Positions 30,201 through 38,293 of a stretch of DNA of 64,000 bases are shown piece after piece. How positions within the stretch are numbered: the first letter of the stretch is position 1; each line of letters starts with the position of its first letter. Source of the DNA: Methanobacteriota archaeon (GTDB taxonomy: Archaea > Thermoplasmatota > Poseidoniia > MGIII > CG-Epi1); contig JAAZXG010000001.1 in assembly GCA_014240255.1 (NCBI GenBank), positions 26,463 to 90,462 on the forward strand. Reading direction: 5' to 3'. Both the position numbers and the translations under genes were made by a program. Under the pieces are notes generated by a model. That model saw nothing but the letters and a program-made list of their open reading frames with translations. It made no database searches and had not been told where the DNA came from.

Positions 30201-32653
30201 AATTGATCTTCAGCATCTGTGCCATCTAAATGATGAGTCATGACTTCGCCTTGTAAGTTAGTTACAGAAAACGCGACTGTCACAGCTTTCCAATCAGATT
30301 CTCCAGCATTTATGACTGTTGCGTTAATTTCTCTAAATAAGCTGTTTCCTTCATCTTTCTTCTCGATCATATTAGCTCCTTCACGGACTGAAACATCTCC
30401 TATTGCAACATCACGGGTAATTTTTTCTGTTCCACGGAAAACAATCTCATCTATGAACCAGCCTGCATAAGGTCGGCTAGCTTCTGTATTCTGATCATTA
30501 TCTGCATCAGCCATTACTCTCCATTGAATAGCACCATCGTCTTCTCCGCCATAGTAATCACTTCCTAGAGTATATCCCTGATACTTTGCATTACCGCCAC
30601 CCCATAGATACCATGCTCCCTCACCTGGACAGAATCCAGAATAAGAAATTAAATTGGTCCATGAGATACCATCTTCTGAAACTTGCATACGGAAATTATC
30701 TCCAGATTCCATACATCCTGTAAATAACATACCAATTACAACTTCTTCCATAGCACTCAAATCCATAGCTGGTGATACGAACCAGTCATCCTGGTTAGGT
30801 TCCATTGTGAATTTTGGACAGTCTGCATCAGTTTTGAAATTATCTGCATCACAATTATCTGGGTTACCATTTGTTTTTGTCCAGCCATTAGCTGCAAACA
30901 TTCCTAAGGATGACTTACCTTCGTGATAAACACCACCTTTAGTTTTGTTCAATGTTCCGCCATTTGCTACACAATCATCATCAGCTCCTTCATACCAACC
31001 ACAACCATCTGCGTCCCAATCATAACTACTTGTACGGTGGAAATTTACATGATCTAAACTTGGTGAATTAGCATGGGCTGAAGGTGCTTTCTCATCGCCA
31101 TATGTAATCGATGGACCAATTTCATCATCTGGGTGTTCCCCATTTTCAATCCACTTACCTATACCTACATCAGCTTGTACGTAATTATTAGACATACCTT
31201 GATCTCCAGTATGCCTAACTTCTGCAGATAATCTATCCATACCTGCACTAGTGAATATTACTGCTCTAGCTAAATTCGGATCACGCCCATCAAAGACACG
31301 TTGTTGATAATCATTAGTTCTATTGAAAGTAAATACAATACTGTCACCATTTTGAATTGAATCTGAAACGTGCATAGGGTGGTTATCATCAGTAAAAGCC
31401 CTAGTGTCAAATGTACTGTCAAACAGAACTTGACCAAATTGATTCTTTATTTTTAATGCAACAGCTGTGCTACTCTGAGGAAGCATACCATAATTTGTTA
31501 CAGTTATTTCAATTGGTACTTCTACCATTGCTTCAACTGAACGCCAATATTGTACGTGATTAGGAATCTTAACGCCACCAATACCTATGTCTACATTCTG
31601 AGTTGGCTCTTTTGTTACACCCATCCATGAAAGAACGGTTGCAAATAAATCAGCTCTATCTGATCTTTTATTGAATACTCCAATTTCATCTGCAAACATG
31701 AAAGCTTTGTGTGATTGTGGACCAATATATCCATCTACAGGGAATTGAACTGCATGATACTCGTGACCATCTGCTGCATTCTTACGAGAATCCATCCAGA
31801 AAGCTCCGGTTGCAGTGTTATCATACGGCTTGTTACCACATGGTCTGTCAAGGTAATGAGTACCTGCTGTATCGGTTGCATATTCTTTTTCTTCAAAAAT
31901 AGATCCTTCAACACCCTTCATTGGGTTTGAAGTTCCATCAACAACAATATAAGATGAGTAGTATGTATCTGAATGCATATAATTATTTTGGAATTGTCCA
32001 TTATTAGCATCAAACCAATCACTCATTTGAGTAGAAACAAACATATTTCTATTTGTTGTAGAAAAATCATCATCAGGGCCATTATCACCATCTAAATAAG
32101 CTTCTAAAACACTAGTTTCTGAACTAGACATTATTTGTGTATTCCATCCACCATACCAAATAATTACTTCATAATCATCCACTAAGGATAATCCTGCATC
32201 TCCACCTGGTAATTCTTTAGCAGTTCCACCCCATCTTCCTGCACGGAAAACATCGTATGAATAACCACCATCATTCAAAGCTGTAGCAATGTGAGAGGCT
32301 TCAAGCCATGGGCCTGACATCCAATTTTCACCATCATCATCTACAATCAATACCTTTGCTTCTCCTGCTGGTTGTTTAGCCGGAGCAAATGATCCGTCTT
32401 CCGTAGGCATAACAAATATTGAGTCTTGCCCTGGAACAACGGTATTGAGTTCAGAGATTACTTCAACTACACCTTGTGATTCCGATTCTATTGCTTCACC
32501 AAGGGTTATCCCATTGGCGACTTCGCTGTCTTGTTCATCGTCAGATACTGCTGAAGCACTCATTGTGAAACCACTGAATGCTAACAACACTACGACGAGA
32601 ATTGCTGTCATTTTCCCATAGAGGGAGGATGACTCTGCTACGTTTATGTTCAT
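27254..32653 (-). CDS. giant (1799 aa) secreted, C-terminally membrane-anchored surface protein
   Basis: Signal/anchor helix near the N-terminus. Acidic, Thr/Gly/Asn/Trp-rich repetitive beta-sandwich-like modules, several CARDB-like (e.g. INATVINAGESDWKAVTVAFSV, YTVKVNNYGAASDAGVVDF). C-terminal TM helix plus RQKEEE. No catalytic motif recognised. Confidence 0.8.
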   Translation of the reverse strand: MNINVAESSSLYGKMTAILVVVLLAFSGFTMSASAVSDDEQDSEVANGITLGEAIESESQGVVEVISELNTVVPGQDSIFVMPTEDGSFAPAKQPAGEAKVLIVDDDGENWMSGPWLEASHIATALNDGGYSYDVFRAGRWGGTAKELPGGDAGLSLVDDYEVIIWYGGWNTQIMSSSETSVLEAYLDGDNGPDDDFSTTNRNMFVSTQMSDWFDANNGQFQNNYMHSDTYYSSYIVVDGTSNPMKGVEGSIFEEKEYATDTAGTHYLDRPCGNKPYDNTATGAFWMDSRKNAADGHEYHAVQFPVDGYIGPQSHKAFMFADEIGVFNKRSDRADLFATVLSWMGVTKEPTQNVDIGIGGVKIPNHVQYWRSVEAMVEVPIEITVTNYGMLPQSSTAVALKIKNQFGQVLFDSTFDTRAFTDDNHPMHVSDSIQNGDSIVFTFNRTNDYQQRVFDGRDPNLARAVIFTSAGMDRLSAEVRHTGDQGMSNNYVQADVGIGKWIENGEHPDDEIGPSITYGDEKAPSAHANSPSLDHVNFHRTSSYDWDADGCGWYEGADDDCVANGGTLNKTKGGVYHEGKSSLGMFAANGWTKTNGNPDNCDADNFKTDADCPKFTMEPNQDDWFVSPAMDLSAMEEVVIGMLFTGCMESGDNFRMQVSEDGISWTNLISYSGFCPGEGAWYLWGGGNAKYQGYTLGSDYYGGEDDGAIQWRVMADADNDQNTEASRPYAGWFIDEIVFRGTEKITRDVAIGDVSVREGANMIEKKDEGNSLFREINATVINAGESDWKAVTVAFSVTNLQGEVMTHHLDGTDAEDQFLGIDLTDLAGDSIYGDVRAGTGTEDQNELFALFRTPGANTYYVKVHAQVPAGKDFFPWNNTVIFEFRVFDTFFKDDVDGPEDRSSVYAYTKADRLAGTENVWKERNVGNDGYSGSYIWQYSEESTYSKENPTTAAGSDDSLITQDMYDRDGAGSQFGNDVNVDLRAAFQPILSFAIKWNFAAGDRLEVRAATDFDSTQAITSGTWSVLKTYEDDCGCSWSADDRDSWIVEELSLEDFEGYQTWIDFRVVTANGGGKGVMLDDIMVIGNEYRNNFDITSIETERYAASGEAHDLAVTVKGIGLNPQEGVNVYAQIINSAGSRVWPTDRQFNFFEVPSNYDPDGNGVFGLEKGQEFTVDPSTAGDDWVWGVGFGPGIYTLKVHALRPDQVTVPDENPVNNFKTVTIVLGAALLSGEAENWNLGNGWSAGSYIWDGNNDGSLTSDEFQVWNSKPFLVVEAEYDLTEAYVKAQVRTGSSGSWYDVKWREVDQSGTLYSIPGDNYTVLPDRWSGVSYFDNSTTQTFFADLGAVQEIGDGTGSLQDQYIRGTMQIRLTGTNTGGGGSFTAFYPSVFGLDDYSVDVKSISPGTQNGVPSSVISGDSQRTYTVKVNNYGAASDAGVVDFIINAPENSYVKLDDGTDAKMVSVIQNGKDTRVAVTPVVGGLWGNGRDDPALGDPTAYIFESGNILWPSGNVEAYSAGVSGAKTGWDIYNPTKSSWNPNTDKPTTPDPSDMIAPGSVMTVSVEVTIGYSNWVEPGTWSIQADARSWSDYENTFTSGDSDGQATLVISRPDLTIGEDIRYISHATGYGTDVTGWEKKTGGSGDDADPYFSFMFQVINTGTETVGNFNVGLENVDGEAYADVQVSISWKGNGWVIDEDATTAHGAKIVTEGNNKFIYFEAVAGELGMNAGADGDTSTSYSFYLSIDTSDDIRESNEQNNRVPISITAVAEVNTIPSFALSMLSITMSGLLAAIGIALRQKEEE

Positions 32654-32771
32654 TTTTGCACACCTTCGCGTTTTGTCCTAATACTATCTCTACCGGGGTA
32701 GAAACAGTCTACTGTCATCCGCGTGGTCTTAATAAAAGAAATCCCAGTTTTTAGTAAACTTATATAAAAAC

Positions 32772-33767
32772 TTACTGGTTTGTATTTCGGACATTAGAAA
32801 CAGCTCTAGTTATATCAAAAGCCATCATTGAACTTTGAGGCGAGTAGGGATGAACTACTCTTTTGGACACACATTTGAAATCTGAACTTAGATAATTTTC
32901 AACTTCAAATTCTTCATCTTTTTCAACTATTTTATATAGATGAATAAAACCATTTAACTTCAATAAAGAACTTAATCCTTCTAAATAAGGAATAGGATTT
33001 GTAGGGTTATTCATTATTATTCGATCATAAATACCCAAATCTGAAATCACATCCTCTATTTTAGAAGTAATAAATCGGTATTCAGATCGTTTAATACCAT
33101 TCAAAGCAAAATTTTCATGCGACCACTTTTCAGCCTCTGGATTAGAATCTACAGATGTAAGTGTACAACCCTTTCTAGCTAGACCTACCGAGAAAGGACT
33201 AGCTCCTGCAAATGCATCTAAAATATCTTCACCTTTAATTGCAACATCAACAATACGTTTCCGTTCCATGGCTAATCTAGGTGAAAAATAAACTTTAGAA
33301 ATATCAACTTTTATTTTCAAACCATTCTCTTTATGAATTCCAACAAAATTTGATTCACCTTGAATCATATCTAATTCTCTTATACGAAATTCACCTTTAA
33401 CTCCCATGTCCAAAGCAACTCTATCAATATTTGGATTAGAATCTAACAAAGATTTAGATATTATATCTGAAAATTCAATAATTTCTGAATTTAATTTTAA
33501 TATTGCTATACTTCCAAATATGTCAAAAGCTCTTGGCGCAATATTCCTTAAATTTAATGGGAGTTTCAATCGATAGTCACGAGAAACTCGACTAGAAGAT
33601 AAGCCTTCACGCTCAATAATTTCGCCTTCGACTTCAAAATTTAATGGCCAAAAAACAAAACCATCCTCTTTTATAGGTAAAAAACCATCATTAAGAGCAT
33701 TACAGTCCTCTAAAAATATTTTAGCTTTTTGGGCTTGATTAGCAACTACTTTGAGATGCTTAATCAA
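32772..33767 (-). CDS. tRNA (guanine37-N1)-methyltransferase Trm5/Taw2 family
   Basis: AdoMet motif ILDAFAGASPFSV and the NNP motif (IMNNPTN); about 330 aa as in archaeal Trm5. Confidence 0.75.
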   Translation of the reverse strand: MIKHLKVVANQAQKAKIFLEDCNALNDGFLPIKEDGFVFWPLNFEVEGEIIEREGLSSSRVSRDYRLKLPLNLRNIAPRAFDIFGSIAILKLNSEIIEFSDIISKSLLDSNPNIDRVALDMGVKGEFRIRELDMIQGESNFVGIHKENGLKIKVDISKVYFSPRLAMERKRIVDVAIKGEDILDAFAGASPFSVGLARKGCTLTSVDSNPEAEKWSHENFALNGIKRSEYRFITSKIEDVISDLGIYDRIIMNNPTNPIPYLEGLSSLLKLNGFIHLYKIVEKDEEFEVENYLSSDFKCVSKRVVHPYSPQSSMMAFDITRAVSNVRNTNQ

Positions 33768-34137
33768 TTAATTTCCGGTACGATTCAGAATCTAATGCAT
33801 TTTCCAATTTATTATCTGGAATAATAGTCACCATCCAACCAAACTCATAGGGAGATTCATTAATTAACTCAGGAGACTCTTCAAGCTTATCATTGATTTC
33901 AACGATTTCACCTGAAACTGGTGCATAAATATCGCTTGCAGCTTTAACAGATTCAGCTACAGCCATTGCCTCACCTTCTGAGAATTTAGAGCCAATTTTT
34001 GGCAATTCTACGAATACTACGTCAGATAATGCATCTTGTGCATGATCTGTAATGCCTACTCTTACTTTACCGTCGTCGTCAATAAACATCCATTCATGAT
34101 CCTTAGTATACGACAGATTATCAGGGACTTCACTCAT
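33760..34137 (-). CDS. gcvH: glycine cleavage system H protein
   Basis: YTKDHEW and the lipoyl-lysine region ESVKAASDIYAPVSGE. Confidence 0.9.
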   Translation of the reverse strand: MSEVPDNLSYTKDHEWMFIDDDGKVRVGITDHAQDALSDVVFVELPKIGSKFSEGEAMAVAESVKAASDIYAPVSGEIVEINDKLEESPELINESPYEFGWMVTIIPDNKLENALDSESYRKLID

Positions 34138-35168
34138 AGGAATGGCGTTCTCACTACACGTCCATTTAAGTGCTTACCGCGGACATCGATAGTTATCTTT
34201 GAACCAATATCTAAATCAAGATATGATAATCCTATTCCCTTTCGAAGAATAGGTGATAAAGAACCACTTGTAAGTTCAGATATTTTATTATCATTATAAT
34301 AAACGGAACAACCAGGTCTTAAAACACCTCTATCTTCTAATAAAACACCAGATAGTTTTGAATAGTTAGTTTGTTTTTGAGATAGGAGGGCTTCACGCCC
34401 AATAAAATCGTGATCCCAATCAATTACCCAAGCATAATTTGTTTCTAATGTAGTTTCCAGTCCTTTAAAATCTTGACCTGATAAAAGATACCCCTTTTCT
34501 AAACGTAAAGTGTCTCTAGCACCTAAACCTATTGGTATTGCTCCCATATCCACTAAAGCTTCCCAATGAAATTCGATTTGATCTAAAGGACCCATAAGCT
34601 CACAACCCAATTCACCAGTATACCCTGTGCCACTTACTATTACCTCATTCAGTGTTTTTAATTGAAACGAATTCACTGAAGTGTTAAGATGCTGTCCCAG
34701 TAATCTAGGTGCCTCAGGTCCTTGAAGTGCTAAACAGAAATAAATATCAGATAAATCTTCAATAGTTATATTAAAATTATTTGAATTATTTAACAACCAA
34801 TCTCTTATTTCACTTATTTTAGAAGCATTCGGAACTAATAAATATTCATTAGCATTAATTGTGTAAACGATAGTATCATCAATGATATTACCATTTTCAT
34901 TTAATATATGGCAATAACGACAGTCTCCATCTTTTTGACGTTCCATATTCCAAGTTGTAATATATGAAAGAAATTTTACTGCATCAGGTCCCTTCACAAA
35001 TATTTGACCCATATGAGAAACATCAAAAATACCTGCTGTCTCTCTAACTGCCTTGTGTTCTGAGATTATACTGCTATATTGTATTGGCATTTCCCATCCT
35101 GCAAAATCAACCATCTTAGCTCCAAGTTCTATATGTTGTTTAGAAAGTGGAGTTCTACGCAGACTCAT
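34134..35168 (-). CDS. gcvT: glycine cleavage system T protein (aminomethyltransferase)
   Basis: RRTPL..H..LGAKMVDFAGWEMPIQY, IFDVSHMG and GYTGE motifs. ATGA overlap with gcvH. Confidence 0.9.
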   Translation of the reverse strand: MSLRRTPLSKQHIELGAKMVDFAGWEMPIQYSSIISEHKAVRETAGIFDVSHMGQIFVKGPDAVKFLSYITTWNMERQKDGDCRYCHILNENGNIIDDTIVYTINANEYLLVPNASKISEIRDWLLNNSNNFNITIEDLSDIYFCLALQGPEAPRLLGQHLNTSVNSFQLKTLNEVIVSGTGYTGELGCELMGPLDQIEFHWEALVDMGAIPIGLGARDTLRLEKGYLLSGQDFKGLETTLETNYAWVIDWDHDFIGREALLSQKQTNYSKLSGVLLEDRGVLRPGCSVYYNDNKISELTSGSLSPILRKGIGLSYLDLDIGSKITIDVRGKHLNGRVVRTPFL

Positions 35169-35241
35169 TATAACTTAATTAGGAAGGGTGCCATAAGAAC
35201 TCGGGCGGCAATCTTATATGGGAAGTGTATAGAACACCAAT

Positions 35242-35706
35242 GTGACATCGTCAGAAGAAGAAAATAAAAAAATAGATTCTGAAGAAAAAGTATCTAAAGA
35301 AGAGAAAACTAAAAAGGTCGAAGAAATTAAGAAAGATACAACGAAAAAAGCTAATAATCCTAAGAAAAAGAAAGGGAAAAAATCAAAGAAAAATCAGCCT
35401 CAACCTGATGAAGCAAATCTTAGAGTAAAATTACCATACAGACCTAAAGGTGAAATATTTGCAGTAGCTGAAACATTCCAAGGTGGTTCTAGATTACAAT
35501 TAATTTGCGAAGATGGTGAAAGACGAATGGGGCGCATTCCTGGAAAGCTCCGAAGACGGATGTGGGTAAGAGAAAATGACTTACTAATTGTAGTTCCTTG
35601 GTCATTTCAAGATAGTAAAGCAGATGTTAGATTTAGATATACTCCTACTCAAACATCGAATTTAAAGAGATTAGGTAAAATACCGGAAATACTAGATATT
35701 TACTGA
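35242..35706 (+). CDS. eif1a: translation initiation factor aIF1A with Lys/Glu-rich N-terminal extension
   Basis: OB-fold core GEIFAVAETFQGGSRLQLICEDGERRMGRIPGKLRRRMWVRENDLLIV. GTG start. No in-frame ATG before the core. Confidence 0.85.
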   Translation: MTSSEEENKKIDSEEKVSKEEKTKKVEEIKKDTTKKANNPKKKKGKKSKKNQPQPDEANLRVKLPYRPKGEIFAVAETFQGGSRLQLICEDGERRMGRIPGKLRRRMWVRENDLLIVVPWSFQDSKADVRFRYTPTQTSNLKRLGKIPEILDIY

Positions 35707-35708
35707 TA

Positions 35709-36449
35709 ATGCGAACTAATATTGAAAGTTTAGATTGGAATATTGGACGGACTATTCAATCTAAAGATAGAGATGGAAGAAAAACAATTGATGATGTATT
35801 TGATGAAAATACATTAAAGAACATCCAGCAAATGTTCAGTAGAGGAATAATTGCAACATTAGAAAATATTATTGCTACGGGCAAAGAAGCTAATGTATTC
35901 AGAGCAAAAACCTTTGATGGACGAAACCGAGCTGTCAAAATTTATAGACAAAACACAGCTACTTTTAGAAAACTTGAAAAATATATTGAAGGTGATCCAA
36001 GATTTAAGAGTAGTGGCAACAGCCATCGTGAGAGGGTATTTACTTGGGCACAAAAAGAATATAAAAATTTACATTCAATGTACTCCTGTGGAACTAAAGT
36101 ACCAAAACCTTTCCATGTTCATAAAAACATTGTTGTAATGCAATATATGGGATGGAGATACAGACCATATCCTACAATCAGAGAAATAATACCTAGCAAA
36201 CCAAAAGAATTTTTAAATGATTTGCTAAAATCTATTAAATTATATCGTACAAATAAATTGAGCCATGGTGATCTTAGCGAATACAACATCTTGAATGTAA
36301 GAGAAAAACCTTATATCATAGACGTGGGACAAGCTGTGCCTGAGGGACATCCCTTGTACAAAGAATTACACACGAGAGATATGAAAAACATGTACCGTTA
36401 TTGGAAAAAACAAATTCCTAAATTAGAAAAGGAGATATTCGAATTATGA
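35709..36449 (+). CDS. rio1: RIO-type serine/threonine protein kinase
   Basis: GKEANVF, AVKIYR, HGDLSEYNIL and IDVGQAV motifs. Confidence 0.85.
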   Translation: MRTNIESLDWNIGRTIQSKDRDGRKTIDDVFDENTLKNIQQMFSRGIIATLENIIATGKEANVFRAKTFDGRNRAVKIYRQNTATFRKLEKYIEGDPRFKSSGNSHRERVFTWAQKEYKNLHSMYSCGTKVPKPFHVHKNIVVMQYMGWRYRPYPTIREIIPSKPKEFLNDLLKSIKLYRTNKLSHGDLSEYNILNVREKPYIIDVGQAVPEGHPLYKELHTRDMKNMYRYWKKQIPKLEKEIFEL

Positions 36450-36967
36450 ATTATCTAAAAGTACCATTGGCCAGAGTAGGTGCAGTTATAGGTCCTAACG
36501 GTAAAACAAAGAAAAAGCTCGAACAATTAAGTGGATGTAAGTTAATGATTGAATCTGAAGAAGGTATGATTGAAATTGTTGAACAAAATGTGAAAGACCC
36601 ACTCAAAGGACTACAATTAATTAGTGCAGCCAGAGCTATCGGAAGAGGATTCAATCCTGAAAAGGCATATAAATTGCTAGAAATGGATTATTATTTAGAA
36701 GTAGTAGACATAAGAGATTATGTTGGACGTTCAAAGAAAAGGTTAGGAATTATTAGAGGGAGACTTATTGGACGTGAAGGTAAAACCAGACGAATTATAG
36801 AAGAGATGACGGGATGTGATTTAGCAATACAGGGGCATACTGTATCAATTATTTCTGATTTAGAGGGGTTAGAAGCTTCAAAAGTGGCGGTTTCAATGGT
36901 TCTAGCTGGCTCTGAACATGGATCGGTTTACAAATATTTAGAAGGATTTAGAAGAAGAAATAGATGA
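36446..36967 (+). CDS. KH-domain RNA-binding protein (Dim2/Pno1-like)
   Basis: Two KH GxxG motifs (IGPNGKTKKKLE, IGREGKTRRIIE). ATGA overlap with rio1. Conserved archaeal aIF1A-Rio-KH order. Confidence 0.8.
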   Translation: MNYLKVPLARVGAVIGPNGKTKKKLEQLSGCKLMIESEEGMIEIVEQNVKDPLKGLQLISAARAIGRGFNPEKAYKLLEMDYYLEVVDIRDYVGRSKKRLGIIRGRLIGREGKTRRIIEEMTGCDLAIQGHTVSIISDLEGLEASKVAVSMVLAGSEHGSVYKYLEGFRRRNR

Positions 36968-37040
36968 ATTTACACTGCTGTTTGATAAAGGTTATGAATT
37001 AATTTTATATAATTGGGCTGTCTGGAAAAAATACAACGTA

Positions 37041-37065
37041 TGCAGATTCCAGTTCTGCAATTTTT
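37041..37065 (+). terminator. hairpin plus T5 tract after the aIF1A-rio1-KH unit
   Basis: TGCAGA / 7-nt loop / TCTGCA, then ATTTTT. Confidence 0.4.
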
Positions 37066-37156
37066 GTAAAGGTGAGAAAATAATGAATATGAAACATAGT
37101 TTGAAAGATGAGCCAAAATTAAACATATCAACGAAATTCGTTAACGGAGGAGTAGC

Positions 37157-37933
37157 ATGAAAGTTACTTTTTTAGGAGTCGGAGAAGCTTTTGATGATGA
37201 TTATACGCATACTTGCATATTAGTAGAAGCTGCAGGAAGAAGAATGTTAGTAGACTGTGGAGCCACAGCACCACCTTCAGTGTGGCACCAATCAAAAAGG
37301 CCAGACTATCTTGATGGAATATTTATATCACATTTCCACGCAGATCATGTTTTCGGGTTACCTGCATTGATGAAAAGAATGGAAGAAGATGGACGAACAA
37401 GGCCATTCTATCTGTTTGGACCAGTAGGTTCACAGCGAAATGTTGAAAGATTAATGGAATTCGCTTATCCCGGAATGGTTGCAAACCTAACATTTACACT
37501 AAGATTCAGAGAATTACAGCGATCCCACAGATGGGATGATTGGAATCTAAGGGTTGTAAACACTAGGCATTCAGTACAAAATCTTGGATTAAGACTTGAG
37601 GCCGGAAGTCCAACTAAAGTATTCTGTTACTCAGGTGATGGAATGTTTACACCAACTGCATCAAAACTTTACACAAATGCGGATTTATTAGTTCACGATG
37701 CATATACTATGGATGGAACTGTTCAAACTCCAAGAGGTGAAACAATCAATATTGGAACTAAAACACATTGTTCAATGCAACAATTAGAACGATTAGATGA
37801 TATGGCTAGACCAAAGAAAATGGCATTAATACATGTTAATCGAAATCTACGTAAAGATAAAACTGAAATTCTAAAGAAATATAAGCAAAGAAGATGGATT
37901 ATGCCTGAACCAAGAGACGTAATCGAACTTTAG
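37157..37933 (+). CDS. metallo-beta-lactamase-fold hydrolase (RNase Z-like)
   Basis: HxHxDH motif SHFHADH with downstream His/Asp ligands. Strong GGAGG 7 nt before the ATG. Confidence 0.75.
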   Translation: MKVTFLGVGEAFDDDYTHTCILVEAAGRRMLVDCGATAPPSVWHQSKRPDYLDGIFISHFHADHVFGLPALMKRMEEDGRTRPFYLFGPVGSQRNVERLMEFAYPGMVANLTFTLRFRELQRSHRWDDWNLRVVNTRHSVQNLGLRLEAGSPTKVFCYSGDGMFTPTASKLYTNADLLVHDAYTMDGTVQTPRGETINIGTKTHCSMQQLERLDDMARPKKMALIHVNRNLRKDKTEILKKYKQRRWIMPEPRDVIEL

Positions 37934-38293
37934 ATGCATAGACTTGTCCATATAGTACGTTTTGAATCTGCTCGTAGACTAACAAAAGTTCCTAAAGAAC
38001 ATCCTTGTAGTAATCTGTATGGATTGGCCTTCAAATTAGAAATTCACATTCAAGGTGAAATGAACAAAGAAAGTGGCTTTGTTTTAGACTTTAATGAAAT
38101 AGAAAAAAGCTTTTCACCTATTTATAAACTAATCGACCATAACTATCTTAATGAAATTGAGGGCTTAGAAAACCCTACCAGTGAAGTTTTAATTGAATGG
38201 ATTTGGAATAAACTAACTCCTAAATTAGAACCACTTGTAAAATTAGTGCTTTGGGAAAATGAAGTTTCAAAAGTTGAATATAGTGGAAACTAA
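37934..38293 (+). CDS. QueD/6-pyruvoyl-tetrahydropterin synthase family protein lacking the zinc-ligand histidines
   Basis: Collinear with QueD (LIDHNYLNEIEGLENPTSEVLIEWIW), but FESARRL replaces AAHRL and CSNLYGL replaces CxxxHGH. Confidence 0.75.
   Translation: MHRLVHIVRFESARRLTKVPKEHPCSNLYGLAFKLEIHIQGEMNKESGFVLDFNEIEKSFSPIYKLIDHNYLNEIEGLENPTSEVLIEWIWNKLTPKLEPLVKLVLWENEVSKVEYSGN

Noticed and set aside
31711-31930. Two overlapping plus-strand ORFs (63 and 71 aa) inside the giant gene.
   Set aside because: They are antisense to a continuous 5.4-kb reading frame. The translations are Cys/His/Leu-rich and non-protein-like, and are most likely chance.
27254-32653. Higher GC of the giant gene (and of sdhA, MBL and others) as a sign of horizontal transfer.
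   Set aside because: My spot counts vary from about 23% to about 52% GC between individual lines of clearly native conserved genes. The differences track amino-acid composition and conservation. There are no flanking mobility genes, and I could not compute this rigorously.
37041-37156. preQ1-type riboswitch upstream of the QueD-like operon.
   Set aside because: The sequence does not resemble the preQ1-I/II consensus as I recall it. The hairpin plus T5 is adequately explained as a terminator.
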